A stretch of DNA of 25,139 nt from a virus (taxonomy: Duplodnaviria; Caudoviricetes): IMG/VR virus record IMGVR_UViG_3300033067_000076, positions 1-25,139 of that record; one strand, written 5' to 3'. Under the pieces are notes generated by a model, which ran no database searches, was not told the origin of the DNA, and saw only the letters and a program-made list of their open reading frames with translations. Below, one piece after another: positions 5,569 to 14,273 of this stretch. Position 1 is the first letter of the stretch; every line of letters begins with the position of its first letter. Made by a program: the position numbers and the translations under genes.

Positions 5569-6099
5569 ATGAAAACATTTAACGAGCTACGCAAAATCAG
5601 CGTCATTGACAAGATGAAAAAGAAAGGCAGATTTAATTATCTGTCTTGGGCTTATGCAGTTGATGTGCTTTTGCAAGAAGATAAAGATGCAAATTGGGAG
5701 TTCAAAGCGCCCCAAATGTTTGGCGAAACAATGATGGTCTTTTGCACTGTGACTGCTTTCGGAGCGTCACGAACAGCGTTTTTGCCAGTTATGAACAACA
5801 ATAATCAGGCAATAGCAAACCCTGACGCAAACCAAGTAAACAAGGCTATGCAGCGTTGTTTGGTTAAGGCAATAGCTTTGCATGGAATTGCGCTTTACAT
5901 CTTTGAAGGCGAGGATTTACCAGAAGAAGGTGACGAGCCAGATCAGCCTGTTCAAAAGTCAAAAATCACAGATGATCGTCTAAGTAAAGCCATCGAAAAA
6001 ATATTGTCTGGCGACTACACAACTAAAAAGTTGCTTGATACGTTTGAACTTACTCAAGAGCAAATTGACACAGTAGATAAGGCGATTGCAAATGCGTAA
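5569..6099 (+). CDS. sak: Sak/DUF1071-like single-strand annealing protein
   Basis: KKG..NYLSWAYA...LPVMN..N.AI...NKAMQRCLVKAIALHG..LYI..GEDLP. GGAG RBS. Confidence 0.85.
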   Translation: MKTFNELRKISVIDKMKKKGRFNYLSWAYAVDVLLQEDKDANWEFKAPQMFGETMMVFCTVTAFGASRTAFLPVMNNNNQAIANPDANQVNKAMQRCLVKAIALHGIALYIFEGEDLPEEGDEPDQPVQKSKITDDRLSKAIEKILSGDYTTKKLLDTFELTQEQIDTVDKAIANA

Positions 6100-6379
6100 A
6101 CCACATAAACACGCAGCACTTATCAAGGCTTGGGCTGATGGGGCTGAAATTGAATATCGTGATCGTCATAACCCTTGGACACTTTTGCCACAACAAGGAG
6201 ATTGGGACGATCATCCTAATTTTGAATACCGCATCAAGCCAGAGCCAAAGCCTGACTATGTAGAGTATTTTTGGGCAACCTTTACAGATGTTTTGCTTTC
6301 ACACAAAAGAAACGAACACAACCTCAAACTCACCTTTGATAGTGAAACAGGTAAACTTAAATCAGCAGAGGTAATTTAA
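6092..6379 (+). CDS. Conserved phage hypothetical protein (start MRKPHKHA)
   Basis: PHKHAALIKAWADGAEIE...EYRIKP...LKLTFDSETGKLKSAEV. Overlaps both neighbours. Confidence 0.75.
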   Translation: MRKPHKHAALIKAWADGAEIEYRDRHNPWTLLPQQGDWDDHPNFEYRIKPEPKPDYVEYFWATFTDVLLSHKRNEHNLKLTFDSETGKLKSAEVI

Positions 6380-7005
6380 TGTTAAAAATTCGCGCATCCT
6401 CACTCTCCGACATAATGACCGACCCAAAAGGCAAGGATGAAACATTGTCCGTAGGAGCAAAGACAGCTATCACCAAGCAAGCAAAAGAGTTTGTTTATGG
6501 CTATGACGAACGCTTCTCTAGCAAGTACACCGAAAAGGGTCTGCTCGTTGAAGATCGTTCAATCGAGTTGCTTAACTCTGTGTTGTTTGCAGACTTTAAG
6601 AAGAACACAGAGCGCAAAACAAACGATTGGCTAACTGGCGAGGCTGACATTGTTGCTGACCGCATCATTGACATTAAGTCCAGTTGGTCATTGGCAACGT
6701 TCCCATGCCTTGCAGCAGAAGGCGAGAACAAAGGTTATGAATGGCAACTCCGAGCCTATATGATGCTTTGGGACTTGGATTCAGCACAGATTGCATATTG
6801 CCTTGTTAACACGCCTGACCACTTGGTAGGGTTTGAAGATAAGGCATTGCATCAAGTTGAGCATATTGCGCCAGAACTGCGCGTGACATTGCTCAACTAC
6901 AAACGCGACAAAGCACTTGAAGACAAAATAAAATTCAAGGTTGACGAAGCGCGTAAGTTTTACGATTTGGTCGTGAAGCAAATTTCAGATGAACACTCTA
7001 AGTGA
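6379..7005 (+). CDS. YqaJ/lambda-exonuclease-like PD-(D/E)XK exonuclease
   Basis: IRASSL, KG...ED, GEAD...IIDIKSSW, YEWQLRAYM motifs. Located next to the Sak-like gene. Confidence 0.8.
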   Translation: MLKIRASSLSDIMTDPKGKDETLSVGAKTAITKQAKEFVYGYDERFSSKYTEKGLLVEDRSIELLNSVLFADFKKNTERKTNDWLTGEADIVADRIIDIKSSWSLATFPCLAAEGENKGYEWQLRAYMMLWDLDSAQIAYCLVNTPDHLVGFEDKALHQVEHIAPELRVTLLNYKRDKALEDKIKFKVDEARKFYDLVVKQISDEHSK

Positions 7006-7015
7006 AGGAAAGAAA

Positions 7016-7273
7016 ATGGCAATAGTTTATGAAGTGACAGTCAAGGCTGGCACATACCAGAAAGACGGTCAAGAGAAAGTGCGTTATCAGCGTATTGGTA
7101 GCGTTATCGAGACGAAAAAAGGCCCAATGCTGAAACTCGACCAAGTTCCATTGGTTGAAGGCGGTTGGGAAGGGTGGGCGTATTTGTTCACACCAAAGAC
7201 TGATGAACAAAAAGGAGTGCCACAGAAAAAATCTAACGATGGCTTCCCAGAAGACGAGGATATGCCGTTTTAA
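7016..7273 (+). CDS. Putative single-stranded DNA-binding protein (start MAIVYEV)
   Basis: Beta-rich core and acidic tail EDEDMPF typical of SSB. GAAGGA RBS. Follows the annealase and exonuclease. Confidence 0.7.
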   Translation: MAIVYEVTVKAGTYQKDGQEKVRYQRIGSVIETKKGPMLKLDQVPLVEGGWEGWAYLFTPKTDEQKGVPQKKSNDGFPEDEDMPF

Positions 7274-7280
7274 TTGATTT

Positions 7281-7363
7281 TGGTGGGAAAGCGGATTCTA
7301 AGCGCCACGGGATATATCTGAAAACGCAGCGACCTCTAGCGCAAAGTGCAGCGAGTACCACCA
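7281..7363 (+). ncRNA. Candidate structured intergenic RNA (long hairpin with loop-E-like internal loop)
   Basis: TGGTGG/CCACCA closing stem, GAAA opposite GAGTA, GC/GC, then CTaaGCGC/GCGCaaAG. Occupies the only long gap (111 nt) inside the rightward operon. Confidence 0.5.
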
Positions 7364-7384
7364 CCCATTTGCATAGGAACGAAT

Positions 7385-7687
7385 ATGTTTAAATTTTTCA
7401 GAGCAAGAGCAACAGACGCAATCACCAGCTTCCAAGCGGCTGATTCAATCAAAGACGTAGCAAAGATGCACCAAGAAGTTATTGTGGCTGCGTTGCAACG
7501 ATTTGGCCCAATGGGTAAAGATGGCATTGCCAACCAAACAGGCTTACAAAGCAATCAAGTAGCAAGACGTTTGAGTGAGTTAGAAAAGATGGATTTGATA
7601 GAACAGACAGGCATTACAGTCAAATCAAACAGCGGCAGGCAAGAGCGTGAATGGCGCATCAAGCCAATGCAACAGGAGTTGCTATGA
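7385..7687 (+). CDS. Winged-HTH DNA-binding protein (start MFKFFRARATD)
   Basis: ARATD..TS..AA N-terminus, then GKDGIA..TGL.SNQVARRLSELEKMDLIE..G...KSNSGRQEREW. AGGA RBS. Confidence 0.75.
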   Translation: MFKFFRARATDAITSFQAADSIKDVAKMHQEVIVAALQRFGPMGKDGIANQTGLQSNQVARRLSELEKMDLIEQTGITVKSNSGRQEREWRIKPMQQELL

Positions 7688-7956
7688 CTGACAAAGAACT
7701 GCTAGAGCTGGCTGCTAAAGCGGCTGGAATTAAAGATGAAATGTGGCTGTGGGATTGGTGGAACCCACTAACAGACGATGGCGATGCGCTGCGGCTGGCT
7801 GTGACGTTGATGCTTGATATTTGTTGCCATGAAAGAGGCGCTCATGTTGATGGAGCAATGCGGGAGCATCACACAGAAGAATCTGGAGACGACCCATACG
7901 CAGCAACCCGACGAGCAATCGTAAGAGCAGCCGCTGAGATTGGAAAGGCGCTGTGA
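7684..7956 (+). CDS. Conserved phage hypothetical protein (start MTDKELLELAAKAAG)
   Basis: WNPLTDDGDALRLAV and ATRRAIVRAAAEIG motifs. AGGAG RBS and ATGA overlap. Confidence 0.75.
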   Translation: MTDKELLELAAKAAGIKDEMWLWDWWNPLTDDGDALRLAVTLMLDICCHERGAHVDGAMREHHTEESGDDPYAATRRAIVRAAAEIGKAL

Positions 7957-8009
7957 TTGAACTTTTGATAATCGGACTTTTTATTGATTGGATGCTAGAT
8001 GACTGTTAA
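7953..8009 (+). CDS. 18-aa hydrophobic minigene MIELLIIGLFIDWMLDDC
   Basis: GTG overlaps the upstream TGA, with GAAAGG upstream. The stop overlaps the start region of 7999..8250. Confidence 0.4.
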   Translation: MIELLIIGLFIDWMLDDC

Positions 8010-8250
8010 TGCTTTTTCCCCAAAATACGTTGAAACGTATATGCCAGAATTTATTTCTTCTATCCGTAAAGAAGCAGATGCCAAAGCAAATGGCGTGAAG
8101 TACGGAACGATGGCACGAGCCACACGCGAAAGCAATGGCATAGCCAAGACAAGCCCGTTAAGTGACTTTCCAAAGACTAAACGCGTTTCTATTGAAAGAA
8201 CTGAGTTTTACACTTATTCAAAGGCAGGTATGCCAAAGGGGGTCAAATGA
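7999..8250 (+). CDS. Hypothetical protein
   Basis: ORF track. ATGA overlap with the next gene. Confidence 0.65.
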   Translation: MTVNAFSPKYVETYMPEFISSIRKEADAKANGVKYGTMARATRESNGIAKTSPLSDFPKTKRVSIERTEFYTYSKAGMPKGVK

Positions 8251-8441
8251 GTGATGGCGGCAAGGGCGACAAGCAGCGACCAACAGACCACAAGAAATGG
8301 TCAAGTGGTTACGACAACATCAAATGGACAAAAGAAGAAGATGAAGAATTTGAACGAATCACCAAAGTACAAGACGGTACTAGCCCCCAACGCACCTTGG
8401 CCCAAGCAAGAAGTGCAAAAGAAACCTTACCGCCAACGTGA
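8247..8441 (+). CDS. Small phage protein with GGKG..RP...YD.I.W motif
   Basis: MSDGGKGDKQRPTDHKKWSSGYDNIKW. AAGGGGG RBS. Confidence 0.65.
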   Translation: MSDGGKGDKQRPTDHKKWSSGYDNIKWTKEEDEEFERITKVQDGTSPQRTLAQARSAKETLPPT

Positions 8442-8586
8442 AGTTGGATTGAAAACGGTAAGAATTTCGTCAGAAAATGGGTCTTTAGACTATTTCCTGA
8501 AAACACATGAAGAACTTAATCAATCAAAGATTGCCACGAAATCTCGAATCCGTGACAAGTTATCGGGGCGATTCAAGAGTAATTGA
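8341..8586 (+). CDS. Hypothetical basic protein (start MKNLNESPK uncertain)
   Basis: Part of the 8251..8586 ORF, with VLAPNAPWP motif. Overlaps the previous gene in another frame. Confidence 0.5.
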   Translation: MKNLNESPKYKTVLAPNAPWPKQEVQKKPYRQREVGLKTVRISSENGSLDYFLKTHEELNQSKIATKSRIRDKLSGRFKSN

Positions 8587-8707
8587 AGGCTGGATGGGTC
8601 GTCAACAACGCCTTGCAGCCGTCAGAGAACAAAAGCTCTGGCGGTGCAAGGTGTGTGATGAATACTTCCAAACACTAGGCGAAGCAAAGGAGCATCGACA
8701 TGGATAA
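8507..8707 (+). CDS. Small C2H2-like zinc-finger protein (start uncertain)
   Basis: WRCKVCDEYFQTLGEAKEHRHG, i.e. CxxC-x3-F-x8-HxH. Confidence 0.55.
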   Translation: MKNLINQRLPRNLESVTSYRGDSRVIEGWMGRQQRLAAVREQKLWRCKVCDEYFQTLGEAKEHRHG

Positions 8708-8804
8708 CATCACACTGATTTCAGCCATTTTGCTGGCTGGCGCAATCATCTTTATTGGAGTGTTTGCGCTTGTTGCCGCTTTGATGGTCGCGCTTGACGA
8801 TTAA
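8700..8804 (+). CDS. Single-pass membrane peptide, 34 aa (not in ORF track)
   Basis: MDNITLISAILLAGAIIFIGVFALVAALMVALDD*. AAGGAG RBS. The stop overlaps the endolysin stop head-on. Confidence 0.7.
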   Translation: MDNITLISAILLAGAIIFIGVFALVAALMVALDD

Positions 8805-9250
8805 GCGTGATATTCGGCTTCCGTCAGGATGCCTGGCTTGTACTTTCCTTCAGGCTTGAAAATAGTCAGTTCTTGCTGGCGCATTTCAGGAGCAAAAGAA
8901 ATGTGCATCCAGCGACCATATTCGTGAATCATTTGGTCAAACTTGATGCCAGCTTTCTTTACCAGTTGGCAAAGTTCATAAGGCGTATGTGCAGATGATG
9001 AACAGTCAATAGCCCAACCATCCATGTGGCTAGAAATCTTTGAACCACCCACAGCTTCATTCACGGCCGGCAGGCGCAACCAAGAATTAACGCGCAACGC
9101 TCCAGTAGCAGAACGCACCATTTCCATGTGTTCAGCGGCAATCTTCATGTTCTGAAGTTGCTTTTCGCTTGGCTGGTTGTCAATGTGCATACGGACAGCG
9201 GTTTCGCTGTATGTGCCTTCTTCAAGAGTGAAATGTTCACTTAGCTTCAT
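8801..9250 (-). CDS. Endolysin, peptidase M15 family
   Basis: LSEHFTLEE, SWLR...N.AVGG...SSHMDGWAID, FDQMIHE...WMHISF (zinc ligands H, D, H). Confidence 0.9.
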   Translation of the reverse strand: MKLSEHFTLEEGTYSETAVRMHIDNQPSEKQLQNMKIAAEHMEMVRSATGALRVNSWLRLPAVNEAVGGSKISSHMDGWAIDCSSSAHTPYELCQLVKKAGIKFDQMIHEYGRWMHISFAPEMRQQELTIFKPEGKYKPGILTEAEYHA

Positions 9251-9410
9251 CGGGTGTCACAACGCCAATAATGCCTGTAACGGCAATGCCTATGGTGATG
9301 ATCGTTTCTGCCATCTCTGGCATGATCGGCACACCCAACGCTGTCAGAATTAGGACGATGCCACGCCAAGTTGACGCTTCTTTGAGACGGTTATAAATAA
9401 ATGGTTTCAT
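9237..9410 (-). CDS. Putative holin, 57 aa, two hydrophobic segments (not in ORF track)
   Basis: MKPFIYNRLKEASTWRGIVLILTALGVPIMPEMAETIITIGIAVTGIIGVVTPDEAK*. Immediately upstream of the endolysin. Confidence 0.7.
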   Translation of the reverse strand: MKPFIYNRLKEASTWRGIVLILTALGVPIMPEMAETIITIGIAVTGIIGVVTPDEAK

Positions 9411-9412
9411 TT

Positions 9413-9616
9413 TTATAGTCCTATTAATTTTTTAAAGAACTCAGCACCAACGCCAGGGCCAAGAAGCACAACCGCCATCACCGCATACAGCAAGTATTCG
9501 ATTTTGTTCATGCGCTTATCGCCAGTCTCCAGCGTCTCGTTAATCTTCTCGTATCGCAGAGCGCATATTTCCTCGTGCGTATTCAGGCGAGCTTCGGTTT
9601 CGTCAATCGTTGCCAT
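9413..9616 (-). CDS. Lysis-associated coiled-coil membrane protein (XhlA/holin-like)
   Basis: HEEICALRYEKI...RMNKIE followed by one transmembrane helix. Located in the lysis cassette. Confidence 0.65.
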   Translation of the reverse strand: MATIDETEARLNTHEEICALRYEKINETLETGDKRMNKIEYLLYAVMAVVLLGPGVGAEFFKKLIGL

Positions 9617-9618
9617 GT

Positions 9619-10146
9619 TTAACTCTTTTGAATGTAAGCCAATGCGTAATAAGCTGGCAAGTTTGAGCCTGTGCCTGTGGTGTTTGATGTAGCGCCAACC
9701 ACATACGAGTTACCAGCGCCAACCACAAATTTGTCACGCAAGTCAGGTGTACCGTTTGAACCGTTACAAAGAACGTAGCCAGTTGGGATGCTTCCAATAG
9801 CACCAGACCACATCAAAATGCAACCTGACGGAACTTGTGAAGTAGCTGGCGCACTTGTCAAGATGCCTGCAATGTTGTCGTAAGTCTGAATTACAACGTT
9901 TGCAGAATCAGCCAAAACAAACTTGTACGAACTGCCTTCAGTCAACCAAATCTCAGAAGGTGGGCGACCATCAGTTCCCAAAACGATTGGGTTGGTGTTG
10001 GCAATCAATCCTGAATTGCTTGTGTAAGTTGAAAGTGGCGTAGATGAACCAGCTACATAGGTGTAAAGCAAACCGCCTGCAAGTGGGATGCCTGTGGTGG
10101 TAAAGAACTGAAAGCCGTTACCGATGGGGGATAGATTGACTGCCAT
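9619..10146 (-). CDS. Short tail protein: tailspike head-binding-like N-terminus plus tail-collar domain
   Basis: QFF...G.PLAGG.LYTY.AGS.TP..TY...NTNPIVL..DGR, then PSGCILMWSG....P.GY.LCNG.NGTPDLRDKFVVGAG and NLPAYYALAYIQK. Confidence 0.8.
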   Translation of the reverse strand: MAVNLSPIGNGFQFFTTTGIPLAGGLLYTYVAGSSTPLSTYTSNSGLIANTNPIVLGTDGRPPSEIWLTEGSSYKFVLADSANVVIQTYDNIAGILTSAPATSQVPSGCILMWSGAIGSIPTGYVLCNGSNGTPDLRDKFVVGAGNSYVVGATSNTTGTGSNLPAYYALAYIQKS

Positions 10147-12167
10147 TATTTTTCCTTACCAATGTCTGAAATTTTTACGCCTGCACCTGGCTTTAATGTC
10201 TCTGCAACTTGCTTGTTGGCTGCGCGTCTTTCCAAAAATTGACGACCCATTGTGCCAATTGGCAAGCCTTTAGCGGCAACATTTACGCCTGCTTCAGCAG
10301 CGCCTTTTGCATACTTAGAAGCCATGTTTGCCACAGAAGTGTTTGATTCGTTTACAAAAGAACCACGTGGTCGAGCTTCAATCAACTGACCTGTTTTTGC
10401 TAAGTCTTTGATTTGTTGAGCATCTTCACCAAACAATGTTGTGAGCTTTTTGTTCACATCAAGGTTGTTGACCATTTGTGTGAACTTGCCAGTTTTAAAG
10501 TTACCACTTGCATCAGTTGATTCACGAATGATGTAATCCAAAGTGCCAGCGCGTAACTGCTTAATGGCATCTGGATTGTCTTTCAACAAATCCATTGCTT
10601 TAGTAAAATCAGCGTTCTTTGAGCGCAACACAACTTTAGGAATAAAGTCTTTGGTGTCAGCGCCACCATTAACAATGTCAGCATAGACAGAGTTGTAAGT
10701 GTCTTTGCGCTTGTCTAACAAATCAAATTCAGACTTGGCCAGGCTTCTGGCCTTGTCAGCAACAACTTTAGCTTCTGCTGTTTCATTCAACAAAGGCAAC
10801 TTTTCCAATTCGCTTCTTGCCAAAGTCAAAGCATGAACAGCATTTCCATCATCAGCGCGTTGAGCCTTACGAGTTTCACGCGCAATCTGTGTGCGTAAAT
10901 TCTCATATTGAGCGAAATTCATTGGCTTACCACCTTGGTAAGATTCAATCTTGCCTTTAATTACTGGTGGCAGAAAATCAATATCTTCATTGGCAGTCAA
11001 CGCTTTCATTGCGTTTTCGCCAAAAGCCTTGCTGTCAACTTCAATCTTGCCTGCGCCTAATTGGTCAAGTGCATCGTAAGCAGATTTGATTTCGGCTTGA
11101 CGAAGATTGTTAATTTCTTTAAATGATTCGATTGCACGTTCAGCGTTGGCAACGTAATCAGTTTCAAAAGTGCCTTCAGCGGTTTTTTGCTTGATTAAAT
11201 TGGCGTTTTCTTGCAATGCTTTGTTTTGCTCATTGAAATGCTGTGACAGCTTTTCTTTCATGCCACGTTCATTGCGTTCAAACGAAATAAGGCTTGGGTC
11301 TTGTGTTGCCTGACCTTTAGTTAATCGTACAGGAACAGGCAAAGTGTCAGCAACAATTTGGTTTTCCAAAGCGGCTTTATTTACTTGCTCTGGCTTCATG
11401 GCTTTAAGTTCAGCCGCTAATTCAGGCGTAGCACGATTAATAGCTTCATCAAGCATTGCCTGATTTGTAGCCGCAGCCGCACCGCCAGATTGCATTGAAC
11501 TTGGCTGACCACGTTCAACACGGACAGTTGGCAACTCAGATTTCAACTTTTGGAATCCTGCTTTCATTTGAGCAGGAGCGCCCATTGCTTGTTGCGTAGC
11601 AGGAGCTGCCAAAGGAGCAAAGCCAGCAACTTCAGGCACACCAACAGGCGGCAATTTGCTTGCTTCAAAGGCTTGTTGAAGTCCTTGAATGTACTCTTGG
11701 CCTTTAGCTGTACGTGGTTGATAAGTCATTTGACCCATCAAATTTTTGGCTTGTTCTTCACCAGCTTGCACACCTTCTTTAGTGCCAAACTTGCCAGAAC
11801 GAGCAGCAGCAACAACGCCAGTAGCAGCAGCCAAAGGAGCAGCAACAGCACCAGTAAGTGCAGTCAATGCAGTTTCACCAGCACCAATAGCAGCCTCGCC
11901 CAATTGTTTTCTAGTCTCAAAGCCTTTTCTAATTGCTTCTCCAACAATGTTGCCAGACTGTTGCTTTAGTTGAGCAGGAGTTGCCGCAGGCGTAGATTCC
12001 CACAAGTCAGCAATTGTTGCGCCTTGTGGTTGTTCTGGAATTTGCTCGTTAATTTCAATACCGTTTTTGTAGGTACTAAACGATTTTTGTTTAGGTGCAA
12101 TAACGTTAGAAGCGCCACCTTTAGGCTTTACTTCTGGTTCACCCCAAAGGTCAGCGACTGTTGCCAT
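10146..12167 (-). CDS. Large DNA ejection/transfer protein (P22 gp16-like position)
   Basis: 673 aa, Ala/Lys/Gln-rich and helical, LTKGQAT.D motif. Third of the internal-protein trio. Confidence 0.65.
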   Translation of the reverse strand: MATVADLWGEPEVKPKGGASNVIAPKQKSFSTYKNGIEINEQIPEQPQGATIADLWESTPAATPAQLKQQSGNIVGEAIRKGFETRKQLGEAAIGAGETALTALTGAVAAPLAAATGVVAAARSGKFGTKEGVQAGEEQAKNLMGQMTYQPRTAKGQEYIQGLQQAFEASKLPPVGVPEVAGFAPLAAPATQQAMGAPAQMKAGFQKLKSELPTVRVERGQPSSMQSGGAAAATNQAMLDEAINRATPELAAELKAMKPEQVNKAALENQIVADTLPVPVRLTKGQATQDPSLISFERNERGMKEKLSQHFNEQNKALQENANLIKQKTAEGTFETDYVANAERAIESFKEINNLRQAEIKSAYDALDQLGAGKIEVDSKAFGENAMKALTANEDIDFLPPVIKGKIESYQGGKPMNFAQYENLRTQIARETRKAQRADDGNAVHALTLARSELEKLPLLNETAEAKVVADKARSLAKSEFDLLDKRKDTYNSVYADIVNGGADTKDFIPKVVLRSKNADFTKAMDLLKDNPDAIKQLRAGTLDYIIRESTDASGNFKTGKFTQMVNNLDVNKKLTTLFGEDAQQIKDLAKTGQLIEARPRGSFVNESNTSVANMASKYAKGAAEAGVNVAAKGLPIGTMGRQFLERRAANKQVAETLKPGAGVKISDIGKEK

Positions 12168-13477
12168 TATTGTGTCAATCCCATTTGTTTGAGTAGTTTC
12201 ACACGGCGACCAAAATCAGCTCTTTCGGCCTCGGACATTCTGGCTTTCATTTTAGCCACATCCTCTGGGGTTGCTTCTTGGAACAAGCGTGGGTCAGCCA
12301 CTTGGTTGAACACATTGAGCTTTTCTTGGTATTTTGCAGAATCTTGAGCAACAGGAGCAAGGAACTGTGCTTTTGCTTGATTCATTTTTTCAACGCCAAT
12401 CAATTGGTCAGCAATGCCCTTAATCGCTTTTTCGTTCAACTTCTTATTAGGAGTTGCAATCTCAGCCAAAGCGCGAGCTGCATCAGTATTCCCGCCAGCC
12501 ATTGCCAACAACGCAGAATTTTTTGCCAATTCTTCAGTAGAAACTTTTTCTGCTTCATAAGCAGAAATGCCAGCAGCGTTAAGAATACCAGCCGCCAATT
12601 CTTTACGTTGACCACCAACACCTGTGAACGCATCAGGAGCAAATTTCTTGATGTTTTGATAAATGCCGATTCGTTGCTGTGCTTTGTTTGCAGCGTCAGA
12701 AGTTGCTTTCCAATCTTCACTTGTCACACCAGTTGCGGCAGAAGCAGATGGTGACATGCCAGTTGCTAATTTTGGAGCGCCAGTGGCTTGTGCGCCTGCT
12801 GGACCTTTAACGTAAGGAGTGCCAGGCGGCAAACCAGTTCCATCACCAGCCTGAGAAACCAACTGTTGTGTTGGCGGCAATTCTTGTGTGTAAGCAGTGC
12901 CAGGCACAATTGAACCCGCAGGTTGTGGGCCAAACTCACCCGTTTGAATTGTGTAACCAGAAGAACCTGTGTTAATACCAACACCACTTGCACCAAGCGC
13001 AGATGTACGAGCGCCTTCATCCAAACCTTGAATGTGACGTTCTTTGTAATACTGACGCAAGGCCGCTGGATTTGTTGTCGCCAATTCAATGTATGGCGCA
13101 AGCAATTGGTCTGCTTGTTCTGGTGGGATGCCCAAAGCCTTTGCTGTGGTCATACCATTGCGCTTAACAAGTTCAGCTAACTTTGCAGGGTCAACAGCAC
13201 TTGGGTTCTGCTCTGCGGCAATAACCAAAGGATTGTTAATCATTGAAATCTGACTGTCAGCAATGTGCTTAAAACGCTTCTGTTGCAGACCCATTGTGTC
13301 TGTTTCAGTCTTTAGCTTTGATTGCTTTGTAGCTTCTTGTGCTTGCTCAAGAGCCAAAGGATTTACTTGTTCAGCTTGACGGTATGCTTGTGCGCCACGG
13401 GCAATATTAAGCATATCACCAAGGCTAACGCCTTCTGGCGGCTTGATGCCTAATGCAACTGGTGTGAAATCTGCCAT
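12167..13477 (-). CDS. DNA ejection/transfer protein (P22 gp20-like position)
   Basis: 436 aa, Ala/Gln-rich and helical, no Cys. Assigned by synteny. Confidence 0.65.
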   Translation of the reverse strand: MADFTPVALGIKPPEGVSLGDMLNIARGAQAYRQAEQVNPLALEQAQEATKQSKLKTETDTMGLQQKRFKHIADSQISMINNPLVIAAEQNPSAVDPAKLAELVKRNGMTTAKALGIPPEQADQLLAPYIELATTNPAALRQYYKERHIQGLDEGARTSALGASGVGINTGSSGYTIQTGEFGPQPAGSIVPGTAYTQELPPTQQLVSQAGDGTGLPPGTPYVKGPAGAQATGAPKLATGMSPSASAATGVTSEDWKATSDAANKAQQRIGIYQNIKKFAPDAFTGVGGQRKELAAGILNAAGISAYEAEKVSTEELAKNSALLAMAGGNTDAARALAEIATPNKKLNEKAIKGIADQLIGVEKMNQAKAQFLAPVAQDSAKYQEKLNVFNQVADPRLFQEATPEDVAKMKARMSEAERADFGRRVKLLKQMGLTQ

Positions 13478-13486
13478 GATTGTTCC

Positions 13487-14272
13487 TTATCCAATATTTA
13501 CGTCAATTGGTTGTTGAACTGGATTTCCAAAACCCTGTGGAGTTGTCGTTGGCATAGTTTGTGGCTTTAACAATTGAGAAAGCATATACCCATTAGCGCC
13601 ACCAGTTAAACCACCAGAAATGGCATTTGCAGAACCAATAGTTCCAGCAGCTTGTGCAGAACCAGCATTAGAAATTGCGTTTCCAATGTTTGCGCCTGTT
13701 TGCGTACTCATTTGACCAGTTTGACCAAGTGAAGTTTGACCCAAACCAGCAATCGAAGCTAATGTGTTGTAAATGTTGCCACGTTGAGTTTGGAAACGAT
13801 TAAACGCATTGCCAAATTCTTGGCTTGCTTGACCTTGTGTGTAGTCTTGCAAGCCAGCCAAAGCATTGCCACTCAAAGCGCCGCCACCAAGGTTTGCCTG
13901 ACGCATTGCTTGGTCTTGACCCATCTTCAAGCGGAAAGCGTAGCCAGGGTCAATGCCTGCTGAAAAATCTTCAGGCGTAAATTGTTTTGTTAGGTAACCA
14001 GAGCCAGTTTGTGGAGTTCCAACAGGATTGCCAGCTTCATCATAAGTTTGATATTGACCAGAACCCAATGCTCCAATTTGAGACAAAGCGCCTTGACCCG
14101 CAGAACGATAGCCTGTTTGTTGCTTGTTCTGAAGGTCAAACATTTCCTTTTGCAAGGCCGCAGATTCTCTTGCGGATTGAGCTTGGATATTTGCAGCATC
14201 TTTTGATGCCTTAGAACCCATGTAGCCGCTAATTAAGCTACTACCTACAACTGCTGCTGCTACCCATGACAT
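13487..14272 (-). CDS. DNA ejection/pilot protein (P22 gp7-like)
   Basis: Hydrophobic Gly/Ala N-terminus, DPGYAFRL..G, GG.LSG.AL..LQ.Y.QG.ASQE, Gly/Ala/Gln-rich. Confidence 0.75.
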   Translation of the reverse strand: MSWVAAAVVGSSLISGYMGSKASKDAANIQAQSARESAALQKEMFDLQNKQQTGYRSAGQGALSQIGALGSGQYQTYDEAGNPVGTPQTGSGYLTKQFTPEDFSAGIDPGYAFRLKMGQDQAMRQANLGGGALSGNALAGLQDYTQGQASQEFGNAFNRFQTQRGNIYNTLASIAGLGQTSLGQTGQMSTQTGANIGNAISNAGSAQAAGTIGSANAISGGLTGGANGYMLSQLLKPQTMPTTTPQGFGNPVQQPIDVNIG

Positions 14273-14273
14273 A

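Noticed and set aside
7281-7363. tRNA (83 nt, ends in CCACCA)
   Set aside because: No T-loop GTTCRA, no D-arm or anticodon arm. The terminal CCA pairs with the 5' TGG in a hairpin instead of overhanging.
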